Shown here piece after piece: positions 54,696 through 56,611 of a DNA stretch of 56,611 bases. Below the pieces are notes generated by a model. It was not told the origin of the DNA. It did not search any database and worked only from the letters and a program-made list of their open reading frames with translations. The DNA lies in IMG/VR virus record IMGVR_UViG_3300018063_000015, positions 1-56,611 of that record; one strand, 5' to 3'. The stretch is from a virus. Lineage: Duplodnaviria > Caudoviricetes. Position 1 is the stretch's first letter. Every line of letters begins with the position of its first letter. A program made the translations under genes and the position numbers.

Positions 54696-55676
54696 CTATG
54701 ATACCTCAGTCTCAAAAGCTGGAGTCCTTTCTCGTTTCTTATACTTGGTTGACAGGATAAAATCATAGTCTTCTCCGAAACTGTCGCTCTCACACAAATC
54801 ATATACTCCACAATTTGGGCAGGTCCAATCTATAGACTTAGTTATTGCTGGAAGAGACGCTGCTTCATTTACATCTTGTGCTAGATATTCTCCTGTTTGA
54901 TCTATAAAATGCTGATTAACTGTGATTAGTCTGCGTAAGAACAAGTCCTCAAATTTCTTACCGGTTGGTACAGTTGCACGACTCCACAAACCATCATAAG
55001 CAATTCCTTGTGGATTTAATCCCAATTGCTGTCCTATCCACATATAGCGGGCAAATTGTGGATTCCTATATAATTGTCGCATATCAGGGTGTCTGTCCCA
55101 CGTTTTATGTTCTAGAATCCATATGTCACCACGCTCGTTAGCTACAAGGCCATCTAGCGTGCCCTCTAGCTGATGCCAACAACAACAAACACAGTCTTCA
55201 CTCTCACAGTCCAGACCAAGCTCGTGAGTGTAACACTTACTGCACAAACAAGGCCCTATACAATTATGATAAGTACCTGGTATTTTAACTAGACATGGCT
55301 GCTCCGCACTGATTAGTGTCCATCCTGGTGAGAGTGGTGTGGTGTACATGGCCTGATAATTAGCCATCATAGCTGCACCAATACGTACTGCTTCGCCGTA
55401 TGGTATCAATTCTTCACGTGACATTCCAGCACCTACAGCTTCTTTATAAGCTGTAGCCATTTCAACTAAACGTATCTGTGCACGCTTATTGAAGAATTCA
55501 ACTGGATCACCGTCTGGTTGTGTAATCCAATCAAATAATGCTTGATGCATTAAAGAACCTAAGTCAAGTGGACGCTTTGTAACTATAGCAGTTAGTCCCT
55601 CACGGCTGAAGGACATCTTATCCCACTTCCATCTACAACGTTTTAGGATTTCTAATTCTGTAACACTCATTATCAC
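54696..55676 (-). CDS. PD-(D/E)XK Cas4/RecB-like exonuclease
   Basis: S.TEL...KRC, LGSLMH.AL, LEGTLDGL, ILEHKT, QFARY and C-terminal CPNC...DLC. Confidence 0.85.
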   Translation of the reverse strand: MIMSVTELEILKRCRWKWDKMSFSREGLTAIVTKRPLDLGSLMHQALFDWITQPDGDPVEFFNKRAQIRLVEMATAYKEAVGAGMSREELIPYGEAVRIGAAMMANYQAMYTTPLSPGWTLISAEQPCLVKIPGTYHNCIGPCLCSKCYTHELGLDCESEDCVCCCWHQLEGTLDGLVANERGDIWILEHKTWDRHPDMRQLYRNPQFARYMWIGQQLGLNPQGIAYDGLWSRATVPTGKKFEDLFLRRLITVNQHFIDQTGEYLAQDVNEAASLPAITKSIDWTCPNCGVYDLCESDSFGEDYDFILSTKYKKRERTPAFETEVS

Positions 55677-55882
55677 GGTTCGTTAGCCCTAATATATCTA
55701 CCATGACGAAACACTCCTACTGAGTAGCCATGCTTATCGCGAAATTCCTCTACTTGATCCATTACTTCATGTCTCTCATTGCCATCATCAAGTGCTAGAA
55801 TTGTTGCCATACACCACTCCAATGGATCGTCTAAGTTACCTTTGTTCAGATAATCCTGGAACTTCATTATACGACCTCCCAC
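55673..55882 (-). CDS. Hypothetical protein
   Basis: ORF track; GGAGG precedes the internal ATG (MKFQDY). Confidence 0.55.
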   Translation of the reverse strand: MGGRIMKFQDYLNKGNLDDPLEWCMATILALDDGNERHEVMDQVEEFRDKHGYSVGVFRHGRYIRANEP

Positions 55883-56130
55883 ACATTAAACAATAGCAAT
55901 TGTTGTTCTCGTCCAATATTATGTTACCTTTACATATTGGACATCTTGGTTCTGTTAGCAGTACTTCACCGCGCCGCTGTTTCAGCTTTAACATTTAGCA
56001 ATGATTCCATACATTCATCACAAATTGAAAAACTATTTATTTTACCTTGAATTGCATACTTTCCTTCTCTATGGCCGCAAAACTCACACCACATCCTATC
56101 GCCGTCGTCTCTATCTTTTATCTTAATCAT

Positions 56131-56514
56131 CTAAAAACAACTCCATTGGTGTCTTAATCGTAGTGGTGCTTCTCTACCAAACGCCCACGCAAACATATCT
56201 ATATCATAATAGACGGCGTGCTCGTGGCGTTCGACGTATACTTGTATTATATTTATACCCTGTTCTCTGTATGCTGGTGTGCTAAACCATGCTCCACGTG
56301 GGTGCCATTGTGCTACACCACGCTCACCAGAAGCACCTATTAGATTAGGATTGAATCCTGACTCGCATCGTGCTACTCGTAATAAAAGCTGTGGGTTAGC
56401 ACCATGTATTATTGCTCGATCAACTATTAGCTGTTCTATATCCATCCTTTCTTGTTGTGCATAACTGCTACTGCTGCCTGCAAAGATTAACAGCAGTATT
56501 GTGAACCATATCAA
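56131..56514 (-). CDS. Secreted lysozyme-like lytic transglycosylase (SLT/Rpf-like)
   Basis: Signal peptide; LLRVARCESGFNP...GERGVAQW with catalytic Glu; C-terminal HQWSC. Confidence 0.78.
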   Translation of the reverse strand: MIWFTILLLIFAGSSSSYAQQERMDIEQLIVDRAIIHGANPQLLLRVARCESGFNPNLIGASGERGVAQWHPRGAWFSTPAYREQGINIIQVYVERHEHAVYYDIDMFAWAFGREAPLRLRHQWSCF

Positions 56515-56611
56515 CTACTTCCTACAAAGTAATCACAGGTTAGCATACCACACACGCTGCACGTTCCGTCTGGTAACTTATGTACTGCTTCCTGTTTGCA
56601 ATTAGGATTTA

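Overview
The window is most of a tailed dsDNA (siphovirus-type) phage genome. No integrase, canonical tRNA or CRISPR array was found. Layout: (i) 1-5.3 kb, minus strand: a SNF2-type helicase that runs off the left edge, small Zn-finger genes and multi-RHH-like proteins. (ii) 5.3-8.6 kb: a control or early region. A compact, GC-richer plus-strand operon of tiny ORFs and strong RNA stems is bracketed by phased arrays of protein-binding-site-like palindromes. On the left are nine DtxR/IdeR-box-like 19-mers at an exact 23-bp period; on the right are three 16-mers at a 25-bp period. (iii) 8.7-41.4 kb, plus strand: intein-containing terminase, portal, ChaB/HiPIP-like/protease/scaffold fusion and capsid. 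A seven-gene nucleotide-sugar plus glycosyltransferase cassette sits inside the head module. It is followed by two paralogous beta-propeller tail proteins, a tail chaperone with a UCC_UUU_CGG +1 frameshift signal, tape measure and Dit. The lysis cassette appears to join a glycoside hydrolase and an amidase by a canonical -1 frameshift, with an additional internal start. (iv) 41.4-56.6 kb, minus strand: a replication arm with a displaced tail-hub gene, dCTP deaminase, RuvC-like resolvase, HNH endonuclease, UDG-PolA fusion, primase-helicase, SSB-like protein, AAA ATPase, Cas4-like nuclease and a secreted transglycosylase. The best candidates for something new are the operator-array-flanked early island, the recoded multi-product endolysin locus and the self-sufficient virion-glycosylation cassette. 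All calls come from motif reading by eye; no database searches were run.
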